Positions 1-8,803 of a stretch of DNA of 64,000 nucleotides are shown here, one piece after another. The stretch lies in assembly GCA_964544275.1 (NCBI GenBank), contig CAZIZX010000003.1, positions 43,705 to 107,704 of the forward strand. Reading direction: 5' to 3'. Source of the DNA: an uncultured Gammaproteobacteria bacterium. Lineage in GTDB: Bacteria; Patescibacteriota; Microgenomatia; UBA12405. Made by a program: the position numbers and the translations under genes. Numbering within the stretch: the first letter of the stretch is position 1; each line of letters begins with the position of its first letter. The notes beneath the pieces are model-generated. The model did no database searches, was not told the DNA's origin, and saw only the letters and a program-made list of their open reading frames with translations.

Positions 1-233
1 AGCAACCAGTCATTCAGTTCTGGAGAGGCTTTGGCGTCTTCTGATTGTTTCCACAGTTTAGTAATTAATTTCCCCACCGATGGAGGCAAAGGTATGTGGA
101 AAAAAGTCCACATCGAACCTTTGATAAAAAGCTTATTGTTCCAAGTAAAAGATTTTTCATCCCAAATTTTGGGATCAAACTTAGGGCAACAGGTCTGATC
201 ATCGCGATTTTTGTTTGGCATATAAATTTATCA
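1..233 (-). CDS. hypothetical protein, 5' portion only (ATG at 233, continues past window start)
   Basis: Minus-strand ATG at 233 opens a frame (MPNKNRDDQTCCPKFDPKIWDEKSFTWNNKLFIKGSMW...) that runs off the window edge. It is absent from the ORF track because it is incomplete. Confidence 0.4.
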
Positions 234-235
234 TA

Positions 236-345
236 ACACTACTACACTGCGGAGCATTGGGGTCTGGAACCCTTCTGTCCCTATAACACTGTCCCCAACC
301 CCTGTCTTATTCTATCAGTCTTTTGTGCCTAAATGAGACAAATGA
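236..345 (-). promoter_or_regulatory. Conserved ~110-nt leader/promoter element (copy A), inverted relative to copy B at 53645-53788; contains direct/inverted gtctcattt repeats
   Basis: The reverse complement of 236-345 aligns at about 85% identity with 53645-53788. Both copies end about 35-40 nt upstream of a start codon (233 on the minus strand; 53797 on the plus strand). Confidence 0.5.
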
Positions 346-393
346 GACAGTATAAAAAAGAATATTAAAAGATGATGTGGTTTAACATACAAA

Positions 394-2061
394 CTATTGA
401 CTTGTTAACCATATGATTATTGGTTTAACAAAATCAGGTACATTATATTCTTGGTCTTGAGCGATTAGTCTTGCCTTGACGGCTTTAGAAGAATTTGGAT
501 ATTTTTCGCATGCTTTGCAATATACAGCATCGGTTAGAAATGATTTTAATTCTTCCTCATAGTTTTTATTTAATTTCCAAACCTTTGTTTTGTCATTTTC
601 ATATCCATCAAGTAGTTCATTAAATTTTAATTCTTCCGCCTTATCTCGAATATCACTAGAATCAATGTCGTATACAATACCAAATGGAATTCCAAAAGAT
701 GAAGCAAGATCCGCAAAAGCTAATAAGTTTCGTTTACCACCAACCTCAATGATCGTTGCACCATTGTTATCAATATCGAGTACTTCTCTTTTTGCGTATT
801 CTGGAAGTGCCAATTTTTCCGTGTCACCCTCAACTAATAGGATTTTTTTAGCGAAAAACATCTCATTTCTTTCTGGATCAAGCTCTTTTCTAAACTTTTC
901 TTCCAATTCCTTTGTTTTTATAAGAGTCGACTTTGCTTTATTTGTTTGTCCATCTACTTTTTTAATCAAGGTAATTTCATCATATTCTGGTATTGTTACG
1001 AAATGGGGAGAATGGGTGGTGTATATTATTTGATTTGTTTCGCCAATTTTTCTTAGTGTGCTGTACAAAGATCGTTGCATCTGTGGATGGAGGAACATTT
1101 CTGGTTCCTCGATTAAAAAGATTGCACCAGACTTTTTTCTTTCCTCAAATGCCTTCAATATCGCTATTACTAAGGCGTTTTGGAACCCGCCACCTAGCTC
1201 TGTGGCGTTTATTTTGAAATTATTTTCTTCAACATATAAATTTAATGACTTATAAAAGTCTAACGAAGTTAGAGGGTCAAAATATATATTACAGTCCTGA
1301 TCGGTGCCTGGATTATGAATTCCTAGCTGAGCTAAAACATTATCTTTTATAGTTTTTTCTAAACCTAGAAAGTCATCTGTCCTTAAGACACTAATGGCAG
1401 ATTTTATTAGTTTATTAAATTGCTCCATCCTAGGAACTACAACCGTGGCTCCACTTCTATCTTTTACTGATATTGTATTTTGAGGATCTTGAAAGTTTTT
1501 ATCAATATTTTCAAGTAAGATTCCAAGAAGTGAGTTTCTGTAGGAAGGTAGCTGGTATTTAAGTTCTCTTTCTGTGCCTATATAAATTACTGGAATATTT
1601 TCTTGAACTTCTTGAGGAATTGTTGTTAGGGGTTGAAATTGCCTTTGTTCACCTATTTGGGGTCGCTTTGCGAGTATTTGTACTGGACCATTTTTACTAT
1701 TTAAACACTTCTTTTCCAATCTCCTCATTCCTTTATTTGGACCAATTATGTATCTCGTATACAAAAAAGAAATCTTAGGAATATCTATTGGATCAATACC
1801 AGCAAATTGTTGATATTTATATGGTTGATCAAATTCAATTAAAATTTCTATATCCTGGTCAGTTTCGCGACCAAAAACATCGTTTTCATCAAAATTGTTG
1901 ACAGTTACCCAGTCCTTACCCAAAACAGAATATATAGCTTTCAAGATGTTTGATTTTCCAACATTGTTAGCACCAATTAGAGCATTTATGTTACCAAACT
2001 CAAAAGCTATCGGTTCTTTTATTGACCTATAGCCAGATATCGTGATGTTTTTTATCTTCAT
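394..2061 (-). CDS. OLD-family ATP-dependent endonuclease (ABC-type ATPase N-domain plus C-terminal Toprim)
   Basis: N-terminal P-loop ALIGANNVGKSNIL with the SGYRSI signature of AAA15/OLD ATPases. The Q-loop and D-loop region reads FLIEEPEMFLHPQ. C-terminal Toprim-like motif is LLVEGDTEKLALPEY. Confidence 0.75.
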   Translation of the reverse strand: MKIKNITISGYRSIKEPIAFEFGNINALIGANNVGKSNILKAIYSVLGKDWVTVNNFDENDVFGRETDQDIEILIEFDQPYKYQQFAGIDPIDIPKISFLYTRYIIGPNKGMRRLEKKCLNSKNGPVQILAKRPQIGEQRQFQPLTTIPQEVQENIPVIYIGTERELKYQLPSYRNSLLGILLENIDKNFQDPQNTISVKDRSGATVVVPRMEQFNKLIKSAISVLRTDDFLGLEKTIKDNVLAQLGIHNPGTDQDCNIYFDPLTSLDFYKSLNLYVEENNFKINATELGGGFQNALVIAILKAFEERKKSGAIFLIEEPEMFLHPQMQRSLYSTLRKIGETNQIIYTTHSPHFVTIPEYDEITLIKKVDGQTNKAKSTLIKTKELEEKFRKELDPERNEMFFAKKILLVEGDTEKLALPEYAKREVLDIDNNGATIIEVGGKRNLLAFADLASSFGIPFGIVYDIDSSDIRDKAEELKFNELLDGYENDKTKVWKLNKNYEEELKSFLTDAVYCKACEKYPNSSKAVKARLIAQDQEYNVPDFVKPIIIWLTSQ

Positions 2062-2096
2062 TATGTTTTTGTTTATCGTTTATTTCATTAATTAAT

Positions 2097-2924
2097 TTAT
2101 TTTTTACCAACAACGACATATCTTACATCTTGTTCATAAAGAGGGATAAATTTACCGTTATCGAGTACAAATCTTGTTTTAATATAGCCTCTTGGACAAC
2201 ATCTGGCAGAATCATCATCTGGACTTCTCCACTTAACATAAAACCCGTTTGATGTATCAGCGGGGACGATAAATGACTCATCTTCCTCTACATAGAAAAT
2301 TACTTTATCATCTTTAACAATAGCGGCATTATAAGACCCACCGTCAGCCCGACCAACAAAATTCAGTCCAAGTATTTTTTCTTTAACCCCATCACCATCA
2401 ACATCAAAACTATCAAACATCTCTATGTCTTGAAAGACATCCAAGAAATGAACAGCCATCTGTCCATAATTTTTGTAATTTTTATCCACTTCCTCCAACC
2501 AAAGGCTATTATTCTCTGTCTCTTGAATTTTCTTTCTAACATCCGTCCATGTTTTAGTGGTCAGAGGAATAATGTCTGCTGAGTATTTTTTTATTGTGGT
2601 AGTTGTTGTTGGATATGATTGGTATACAGCGTTGCTATCTAAAGCCGCTTGAGTGTATTCGTCCATTGTGCCTTCTTTACCAGCGCCACCTACCGACCCC
2701 CATTCGACGTCTTTTACAGAAAAGTACTTCAATGGTAAATCAAGCCATGGAAATTCATTACACTCCCGATAATCAGTGCTAATGCATTTTTCATTTTCTT
2801 GAATTTTTTGTTCGCTTTTTGGCTGATTTATTAATGTTGGGGTTTCAGTTTTTCGGTTTTTCCAAAACCACAAAGTAACACTAACGACCACAAACCCAAA
2901 AATTATTTTTTTTATGTTTTTCAT
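2097..2924 (-). CDS. membrane-anchored/secreted protein with DxDGDG Ca-binding-like motif; start trimmed to MKNIKK to remove overlap with upstream gene
   Basis: Hydrophobic N-terminal segment IIFGFVVVSVTLWFW, a Thr-rich linker, and DVDGDGVKE. The internal Met lies immediately after the stop of the upstream ORF. No recognisable enzymatic motif. Confidence 0.45.
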   Translation of the reverse strand: MKNIKKIIFGFVVVSVTLWFWKNRKTETPTLINQPKSEQKIQENEKCISTDYRECNEFPWLDLPLKYFSVKDVEWGSVGGAGKEGTMDEYTQAALDSNAVYQSYPTTTTTIKKYSADIIPLTTKTWTDVRKKIQETENNSLWLEEVDKNYKNYGQMAVHFLDVFQDIEMFDSFDVDGDGVKEKILGLNFVGRADGGSYNAAIVKDDKVIFYVEEDESFIVPADTSNGFYVKWRSPDDDSARCCPRGYIKTRFVLDNGKFIPLYEQDVRYVVVGKK

Positions 2925-2928
2925 ATTT

Positions 2929-4626
2929 TTAGCTCTCTCTAAACCAAAATATTCCTTTTTGTATTTTTTTAAATTCAGGTCGACTATGAAGAACCGCCAA
3001 AATATTTGCTGGTTTAGTATCTTTATACTTGCCGACATAGTTATATATTTGTTTCCAGTGAAGAGGAAATCCTGCTTTTGTCATACATTCCCTAACAAGT
3101 TCAACGGTTGACAGTTTACTAATACCCCATTCAGTTAATCCCCAGGTTCCTTTAACTCCACTATGAGCAAAAGTTGGAGTGGTTATGAGTATGTTGTGAG
3201 TTCTCCTCACATTAATTTTCTTATCATTACTAAATAGACGATCGTTAACAGTGTCAGTTATCTCCGTGAAATGTAATGGTTCTCCTGCTTCCTCTAAAAC
3301 TTGTGTTATAACAGAAACCCACCTTTTTGTAATCTTTGAGTGCTCAAATCTTTTAAAACGAAGATTTTCAAGTTCGGCTGAAAGCATGTTTTCAGATATT
3401 ACGAGATCAGGATTTGACTCTTCTATTCTCGGATCAATCCGACAGTATTTTAAAATAAAAAAAATCTTATTAAATCTTTCATCGCTAATTGAATTTAGTA
3501 TCGAGATGTCTTTACTCAACTCTATTAAACTAACCCCCATTTCATTTTTCCCTACTGCTTCAAGGATTTGATCCATAATTTTTTCTAATTTTACCCCGTT
3601 AAATAGCGGGGAATAAAATTTTATGTCCCCAACCATATGTGATTGAAACCATCCAAGTTCACACATTAAATCGAAAACTGAGCTACCGTCGTAATCTGTT
3701 GTTTTTAAAATATTGGGAATGATATGATCTGCGTCATCATCAGATATTAAACCGTTATTTTTATAGAGAACATCTTCAACCAAATTACATAATTGTTTTT
3801 TAACTAAAACTGAGCGATATTTCATAAATTTCAACGACTTTACCTGTATTTGACGTATACGTTCCCGGGTGATTTTATAATCTTCCCCAATTTCTTCTAA
3901 TGTCTGTTTTTCTCCTGAAAAAAGTCCGTATCTTCGCACAATAATATCCATAGCTCTACCATCACCACATTTTTGTATTAATGTATCAATTAATTTATCA
4001 GGCGGAAAACAGATATTCTCCTGAGGTTTTAATTTCAAATAGTTTGTTGTAGTTGTTTTTTGGTTTGGTCCGTCATTTTTTTGGCCATTATTAATTGATC
4101 TTTTAAAATCTTCAATAAGTTTTATTGTTTTTATACCGATATTACTTTGTTTTAATAAAAATATTTCTGAGGTCCTCATTATCTGCCCTACAGTCAAAAT
4201 ACCTGCTTTTTTAATTGCGTTTGTAGCTTTGGTAGATAAACCTATTGAATCGATCTCTATATTTTCATAATATTTAGGTTGTTCAATAACGACTTCTAAA
4301 TTATTTGAGCTAGGCTTTTCTATAACACAGTTTTTTGCAATTTTTTCTTTTATCAAAACTACCGCATTTAATGTTTTTATTCCAATCATTGGAATTTTTA
4401 CTAATTTTGACTCTGGAAAATTTATCAATTGATTCACTGATACTATTCCATGTTTTTTTAATGCATTTGCTGTTCGTATGGGAAAATTAAAGATATCTAT
4501 TGGATCATCCTCGACAATTGAATCTGGTATCTCAAAACCAATCACATTTTCTTTATCAGGTTTATTTCTATAGTCCGATGAAGGGAAAAGTTCTAAAAAA
4601 ATATTATTCAATTTCTGTGTTTTCAT
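2929..4626 (-). CDS. DNA-binding protein with three RpoA-CTD-like helix-hairpin-helix repeats and a sigma-70 region-4-like HTH
   Basis: Repeats RTANALKKHGIVSVNQL, IKTLNAVVL and TKATNAIKKAGILTVGQI resemble the RNA polymerase alpha C-terminal domain HhH. Segment DIIVRRYGLFSGEKQTLEEIGEDYKITRERIRQIQVKSLKFMK resembles sigma-70 region 4. Start is likely the internal Met (MKTQKL); the track start overlaps the upstream gene by 47 nt. Confidence 0.55.
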   Translation of the reverse strand: MKTQKLNNIFLELFPSSDYRNKPDKENVIGFEIPDSIVEDDPIDIFNFPIRTANALKKHGIVSVNQLINFPESKLVKIPMIGIKTLNAVVLIKEKIAKNCVIEKPSSNNLEVVIEQPKYYENIEIDSIGLSTKATNAIKKAGILTVGQIMRTSEIFLLKQSNIGIKTIKLIEDFKRSINNGQKNDGPNQKTTTTNYLKLKPQENICFPPDKLIDTLIQKCGDGRAMDIIVRRYGLFSGEKQTLEEIGEDYKITRERIRQIQVKSLKFMKYRSVLVKKQLCNLVEDVLYKNNGLISDDDADHIIPNILKTTDYDGSSVFDLMCELGWFQSHMVGDIKFYSPLFNGVKLEKIMDQILEAVGKNEMGVSLIELSKDISILNSISDERFNKIFFILKYCRIDPRIEESNPDLVISENMLSAELENLRFKRFEHSKITKRWVSVITQVLEEAGEPLHFTEITDTVNDRLFSNDKKINVRRTHNILITTPTFAHSGVKGTWGLTEWGISKLSTVELVRECMTKAGFPLHWKQIYNYVGKYKDTKPANILAVLHSRPEFKKIQKGIFWFRES

Positions 4627-6439
4627 CAGAACTATTATTGTATTTTTCACCTAATAAAAAATCTTCAAGATCAATAGTTGCCTTATCGTAAACTAAAGAT
4701 GCAACGCGCATTATTTCGTAATCGACCTGTTCCGCGGTTAATGTACCACCTTCTTTTTTCGCGAGGCGATAAATTGTCTCTTTAGTAAAGATATCAACAT
4801 ATCTCTGAAAGAGGTAGTTTCTCCATCTTGGGGAATCAACTCCGTATTTATCTATCAACTTTTTTGCCATTGGTTTTTCAAGATTGATCCAATACAACCC
4901 TCTTTCCACATCCTGTTGTCGCTGTTCGACAGCGAAATGACGATCAGAAAAAATAACAGGGGAACCTGGATATTCTGGATCTTCCTGTCCAGATAGTAAT
5001 ACCATTGGTGCTCTCAATCCCTTTTTCTTTTCTTCACCATCACCGCCACCCTTGCCTTGTCCAGAACCCAAACCTCCTTTTTCTTCTGATTCATGATTTG
5101 TCCCACCACCAGAACCTTCTTCTCCCTCACCCCCAGTTGAGGACCCTTTTCCAGGACCACCAAGAACTTCGGCGAATAATTTTGACATAAACTGATTCTT
5201 CCACTTATTGAGAATCTGATTAAACTCATCTGTTGCTCTGATATTTTTTTCTTCTTCCTGTTTTGCGTCTCTTTCGGCAATTTTTTCAGCAACTTCATCA
5301 ATTTTTTCGGAAATCCACTTTAGAAGAGAATCTGTTCTCTCGTTAGTAACCAGTTTTTCTCGGTCATTTTGAACACAATCATAATCAACGTCTTCTAATA
5401 TTGGACACTTACATTCTCCATAAATATATTGAGCCTGAGGATAATACTTTAAAAAACCTATTTGTTGCATATTGTAAGATGCTATTACTCCTATCTCTCC
5501 AACTATATCAACGCAGTTTAACTCAGGTTTTTTACCACCACGACCAAAGGGTTGAGCAGAAGTTTTAAGAACGAGCGACCCTTCTTCATATTTATCGTTA
5601 GACATTTTAATTTTTTTTCCATTTTCACCAGTTGATGAATCAATCAGTTCTGGAATATCGAAGAGATACGGACCCTCAAATCCTTCCATCGGCTCGATAT
5701 CTTCCATCCGAAGACTGTTCGTTAATATTTTTCCGTTATATAAAACTGAGACATTACAATATTTTAAAGGGCTACGAGCTTGCGGGTGGTATTTTAACTT
5801 TTCACAAATTCTAAAAACAGGTAACTTATTACCTACAATTTTTTTAGGTCTTATTCCCTTAACAACTGTAAACCCAGTTTCTCCATGTTCGAGTTTTCTT
5901 AAAATTGAATTAGGTATTAACAATTTATTGATCCCCGCCATTTTTAAAGCTTCGTCGATAGATACTTTTTTATCCTTTATCCCATTTGCAAAACCATATT
6001 TTCGATTTTCATTGAAACCAAAAATATTTATTTTGCCTGTTTTATATGTAATAAAATACGATTGCTGAAACATCTGTCTCATATAAAACTTTCCTCCATT
6101 CCCGTGACCACCATAGACCCTAATTTTTTTCCCTCTTTTTGCTGCGTCAGGATCTCCCCACCACTTAAAAGCTTTTTCGATATCGACAAGATCCATCCCA
6201 ACAAAATCGGTACATTCAATTACTGGTGGATTATCACTAGTACCATCAGTGAAACCAAAAATTATATATTGATCCTTATCGGACTCCCCAGCTCTGCGGT
6301 AAGCATCAACTGAGTTTTTTAACCATTCAGCAAGCCCTTTTTCATGACTAAAATTGAAAGCACCTCCTAAAATATCAAGAGTATTGTCATGGTAAAGATT
6401 CTGTTCTTCTTTAAAATTTAATAAAACTGATTGTGTCAT
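4604..6439 (-). CDS. GHKL-superfamily ATPase (MutL/MORC-like) with Gly/Glu-rich linker
   Basis: N-box-like HEKGLAEWLKNSVDAYRRAG (E..N..DA), G-box-like GGHGNGGKF, and a long GGPGKGSSTGGEGEEGSGGG... low-complexity linker. The C-terminal region is not recognised. Confidence 0.6.
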   Translation of the reverse strand: MTQSVLLNFKEEQNLYHDNTLDILGGAFNFSHEKGLAEWLKNSVDAYRRAGESDKDQYIIFGFTDGTSDNPPVIECTDFVGMDLVDIEKAFKWWGDPDAAKRGKKIRVYGGHGNGGKFYMRQMFQQSYFITYKTGKINIFGFNENRKYGFANGIKDKKVSIDEALKMAGINKLLIPNSILRKLEHGETGFTVVKGIRPKKIVGNKLPVFRICEKLKYHPQARSPLKYCNVSVLYNGKILTNSLRMEDIEPMEGFEGPYLFDIPELIDSSTGENGKKIKMSNDKYEEGSLVLKTSAQPFGRGGKKPELNCVDIVGEIGVIASYNMQQIGFLKYYPQAQYIYGECKCPILEDVDYDCVQNDREKLVTNERTDSLLKWISEKIDEVAEKIAERDAKQEEEKNIRATDEFNQILNKWKNQFMSKLFAEVLGGPGKGSSTGGEGEEGSGGGTNHESEEKGGLGSGQGKGGGDGEEKKKGLRAPMVLLSGQEDPEYPGSPVIFSDRHFAVEQRQQDVERGLYWINLEKPMAKKLIDKYGVDSPRWRNYLFQRYVDIFTKETIYRLAKKEGGTLTAEQVDYEIMRVASLVYDKATIDLEDFLLGEKYNNSSDENTEIE

Positions 6440-7092
6440 CTGTGACCCCCTTTACTTTTTTGGACAAATTCAATATTTTCTTTGAATCTTTCCATTAAAA
6501 ATTTATGACATTCTCTGAGTTTAATATAAAGCTCGTCACTTTTTTCTTTTATTGCTTTTATTGCTTCTTCTACTGTGGTCAATCTTCCTAAAAAATCAAA
6601 TTTATTTGTTCTTACTGTTACTCCTAAATATGAATAAAAATCTATATCTAAAATTTCTTCCTTTTTTCCATTTAAATACAGATCTACTGCTGTTGAATTT
6701 TTAATTCTTTCCAATTCTTTTTGTTGATCGGCGGTTAGTTTTACAAAAGTTTTAATATTTTTCGAATCTTCTATACTGTTTGCAGCTGGTTTAATCAATC
6801 TCTTTGTATATTCAACTCCTTTTGGTGTTAAGGAAAAATATTTATTGCCAGAAAGAACATAACCACCTTTTTTTAATTCACTATATAGTGGTTTGTGTAC
6901 AATATCTCCAGTATCTGGATATTCAGGGTATCCTTTTAATTGAAAATCGGCTTTGAAATTCAAAAACACATTGACGGCAATATCTTCAAACCTAATTTGT
7001 TTATTAGTACCCTCAGACAGTTCATACAAGGTAACTAATATTTTTTGTGAACGTGTTAGCTTAAGCGATGAATAATTTATTCTACTTTTCAT
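6436..7092 (-). CDS. hypothetical protein (operon member upstream of GHKL ATPase, 4-nt overlap)
   Basis: Intact 218-aa ORF, translationally coupled to the downstream gene. No motif recognised. Confidence 0.5.
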   Translation of the reverse strand: MKSRINYSSLKLTRSQKILVTLYELSEGTNKQIRFEDIAVNVFLNFKADFQLKGYPEYPDTGDIVHKPLYSELKKGGYVLSGNKYFSLTPKGVEYTKRLIKPAANSIEDSKNIKTFVKLTADQQKELERIKNSTAVDLYLNGKKEEILDIDFYSYLGVTVRTNKFDFLGRLTTVEEAIKAIKEKSDELYIKLRECHKFLMERFKENIEFVQKSKGGHR

Positions 7093-7128
7093 TAATATAT
7101 TTGTTTTTGTATTTAATAAATTAATAAT

Positions 7129-7356
7129 TTAAAGCTTAAACTTTCTTTTTTTTCTCAAACCAACTAAAAACCTGGATTTTGTAAGTTTAAGTTCCTCTTC
7201 AATAATTTCAAAAATACTCTTAAACTCTTCTTCTGTATAAAAATAATTGTGTCTATTTGATAGATTTCCCAACAATCTTATGTTTCTGATAGCTCCGTTT
7301 GTCCTGTTGGCAGCCAGTCTTTTAAATGCCGATGATTTTGATTCTCCTGTTTTCAT
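7129..7356 (-). CDS. small basic hypothetical protein (first gene of minus-strand operon)
   Basis: 75-aa ORF with a basic C-terminus (RKKRKFKL), placed directly after the AT-rich divergent intergenic region. Confidence 0.4.
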   Translation of the reverse strand: MKTGESKSSAFKRLAANRTNGAIRNIRLLGNLSNRHNYFYTEEEFKSIFEIIEEELKLTKSRFLVGLRKKRKFKL

Positions 7357-7421
7357 AACATATTAATGGATATGATGGGTATCATACTATATTTTTAATT
7401 TGTAGTCAATATATTTAATTT

Positions 7422-8663
7422 GTGATATGTAAATTTAAAATGCAAGGAATTATAATCAAGATTTATCTTTATTCTCAGTCTAAAATGCGGTATATTAATA
7501 ATGTGAACAATAATTTTGGAGTCATAGATTTATTTTCTGGATGTGGCGGATCTGCTGTTGGTTTTGAAAAAGCAGGTTTACCAATTAAAGTGGCTGTAGA
7601 CATTGATAAACATGCATCTGAGTCCTTTAAAATAAATTTTCCTAATGCCGAAGTATTTACTAATGATATTAGTTACATCTCAGGAAAAGAATTACTGAAA
7701 GCTGGAAAATTTAAAAATGGTAATGAAGTAATTCTAATTGCTTGTCCTCCATGTCAGGGGTTTTCAAATGCAAGACGAAATTCGGAAAGATTAACAGATC
7801 CTAGAAATAAACTTATTTATGAGTTTCTAAGAATCGTTGAAGAAATTAAACCATATGCATTTGTACTTGAAAACGTACCTGGGTTGGCAAAAAATGTCGG
7901 GAAACCAATATTTATTCAAATACTTCAAAGGTTACAAGAGCTTGGATACCAAACTGTTTATGACGTTATAGATACCGCAGACTATGGAGTACCACAAAGA
8001 AGAAAAAGGTTAGTTATGCTTGGCACAAAAGATCAAAAACTCAGACTTACTTTCCCTTCTAAAACAAATGCAGATCCAGCGATTAGTTCTGATTTACCTC
8101 CCTGGAAAACTGTTAGACAGGCAATAGATGACTTGCTTCCTATTAAAGCAGGACAAAAATTAGAAACAGATGCAATGCATATGTCTGCAAACTTATCAGA
8201 ATTAAATATAAAAAGAATGAAGCAAACTCCACATGATGGTGGTGATAGGTTGTCATGGTCTGATGATTTGGTTTTAGAGTGTCACAAAAATTTCGAAGGT
8301 CATCGTGATGTCTACGGAAGAATGAGGTGGGACTCACCTTCGCCTACAATTACTGGTGGCTGTGCTATGGTTTCAAAGGGTAGATTTGGGCATCCTGAAC
8401 AAAACAGAGCAATTTCATTAAGAGAGGCAGCCAGACTTCAGACATTTCCTGATAATTTTAAATTTATCGGAAATTTTGGTCAGATAGCAAAACAACTTGG
8501 AAATGCGGTGCCACCATTACTTGGAGAAATAGCTGCAAAAACACTTCTTAAATCAATATCTGATTTAAAGGCTGCAAAAAAATTAGTTCCAAAAAGAAAA
8601 ATATCTAGAAATATTTATAGATCAAATCAACTGAACGGGCAAATAATTAGTGGTACCATTTAA
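7422..8663 (+). CDS. DNA (cytosine-5)-methyltransferase
   Basis: Motif I DLFSGCGG, motif IV PPCQGFS (catalytic Pro-Cys), motif VI ENV, QRR.R, and C-terminal GN.V. The true start may be the internal MRYINN at 7485. Confidence 0.85.
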   Translation: MICKFKMQGIIIKIYLYSQSKMRYINNVNNNFGVIDLFSGCGGSAVGFEKAGLPIKVAVDIDKHASESFKINFPNAEVFTNDISYISGKELLKAGKFKNGNEVILIACPPCQGFSNARRNSERLTDPRNKLIYEFLRIVEEIKPYAFVLENVPGLAKNVGKPIFIQILQRLQELGYQTVYDVIDTADYGVPQRRKRLVMLGTKDQKLRLTFPSKTNADPAISSDLPPWKTVRQAIDDLLPIKAGQKLETDAMHMSANLSELNIKRMKQTPHDGGDRLSWSDDLVLECHKNFEGHRDVYGRMRWDSPSPTITGGCAMVSKGRFGHPEQNRAISLREAARLQTFPDNFKFIGNFGQIAKQLGNAVPPLLGEIAAKTLLKSISDLKAAKKLVPKRKISRNIYRSNQLNGQIISGTI

Positions 8664-8720
8664 CGGTTTGATTAAAAAAAGAAAATTTGATATATTAATT
8701 TAATTCAGCATAAACTGAAT

Positions 8721-8803
8721 TTAGGTGTTTAACCTGTAAACTCCGAAAGTAGATACACTCCAGGCACAGGGCCAGGAATATTACTACTTTAAGGAGTTTT
8801 TTT
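8721..8803 (+). promoter_or_regulatory. Highly conserved 83-nt leader upstream of ParB-MTase (copy 1); about 95% identical to 27535-27617 on the opposite strand
   Basis: ttaggtgtttaacctgtaaactccgaaagtagat...ggcacagggcc..aaggagttttttt is shared by both copies, with a 5-bp cctgt/acagg stem. It is more conserved than the adjacent coding sequence. Confidence 0.55.

Noticed and set aside
236-345. Possible tRNA or tRNA-like 3' end (ggttccagaccc resembles a T-loop)
   Set aside because: Only a 3-bp T-stem can be drawn and there are no acceptor or D-arm partners. The conserved upstream-of-gene position in both copies favours a leader or operator.
2097-3038. Track start of the 313-aa ORF overlapping the upstream gene by 110 nt
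   Set aside because: An in-frame Met (MKNIKK...) immediately after the upstream stop, followed by a signal/TM segment, is a more parsimonious start. Coordinates adjusted to 2097-2924.
4990-5310. Antisense and alternate-frame ORFs over the Gly/Glu-rich linker of the GHKL gene (5005-5190, 5014-5301)
   Set aside because: They are low-complexity artefacts of the GGN/GAA-rich coding sequence.
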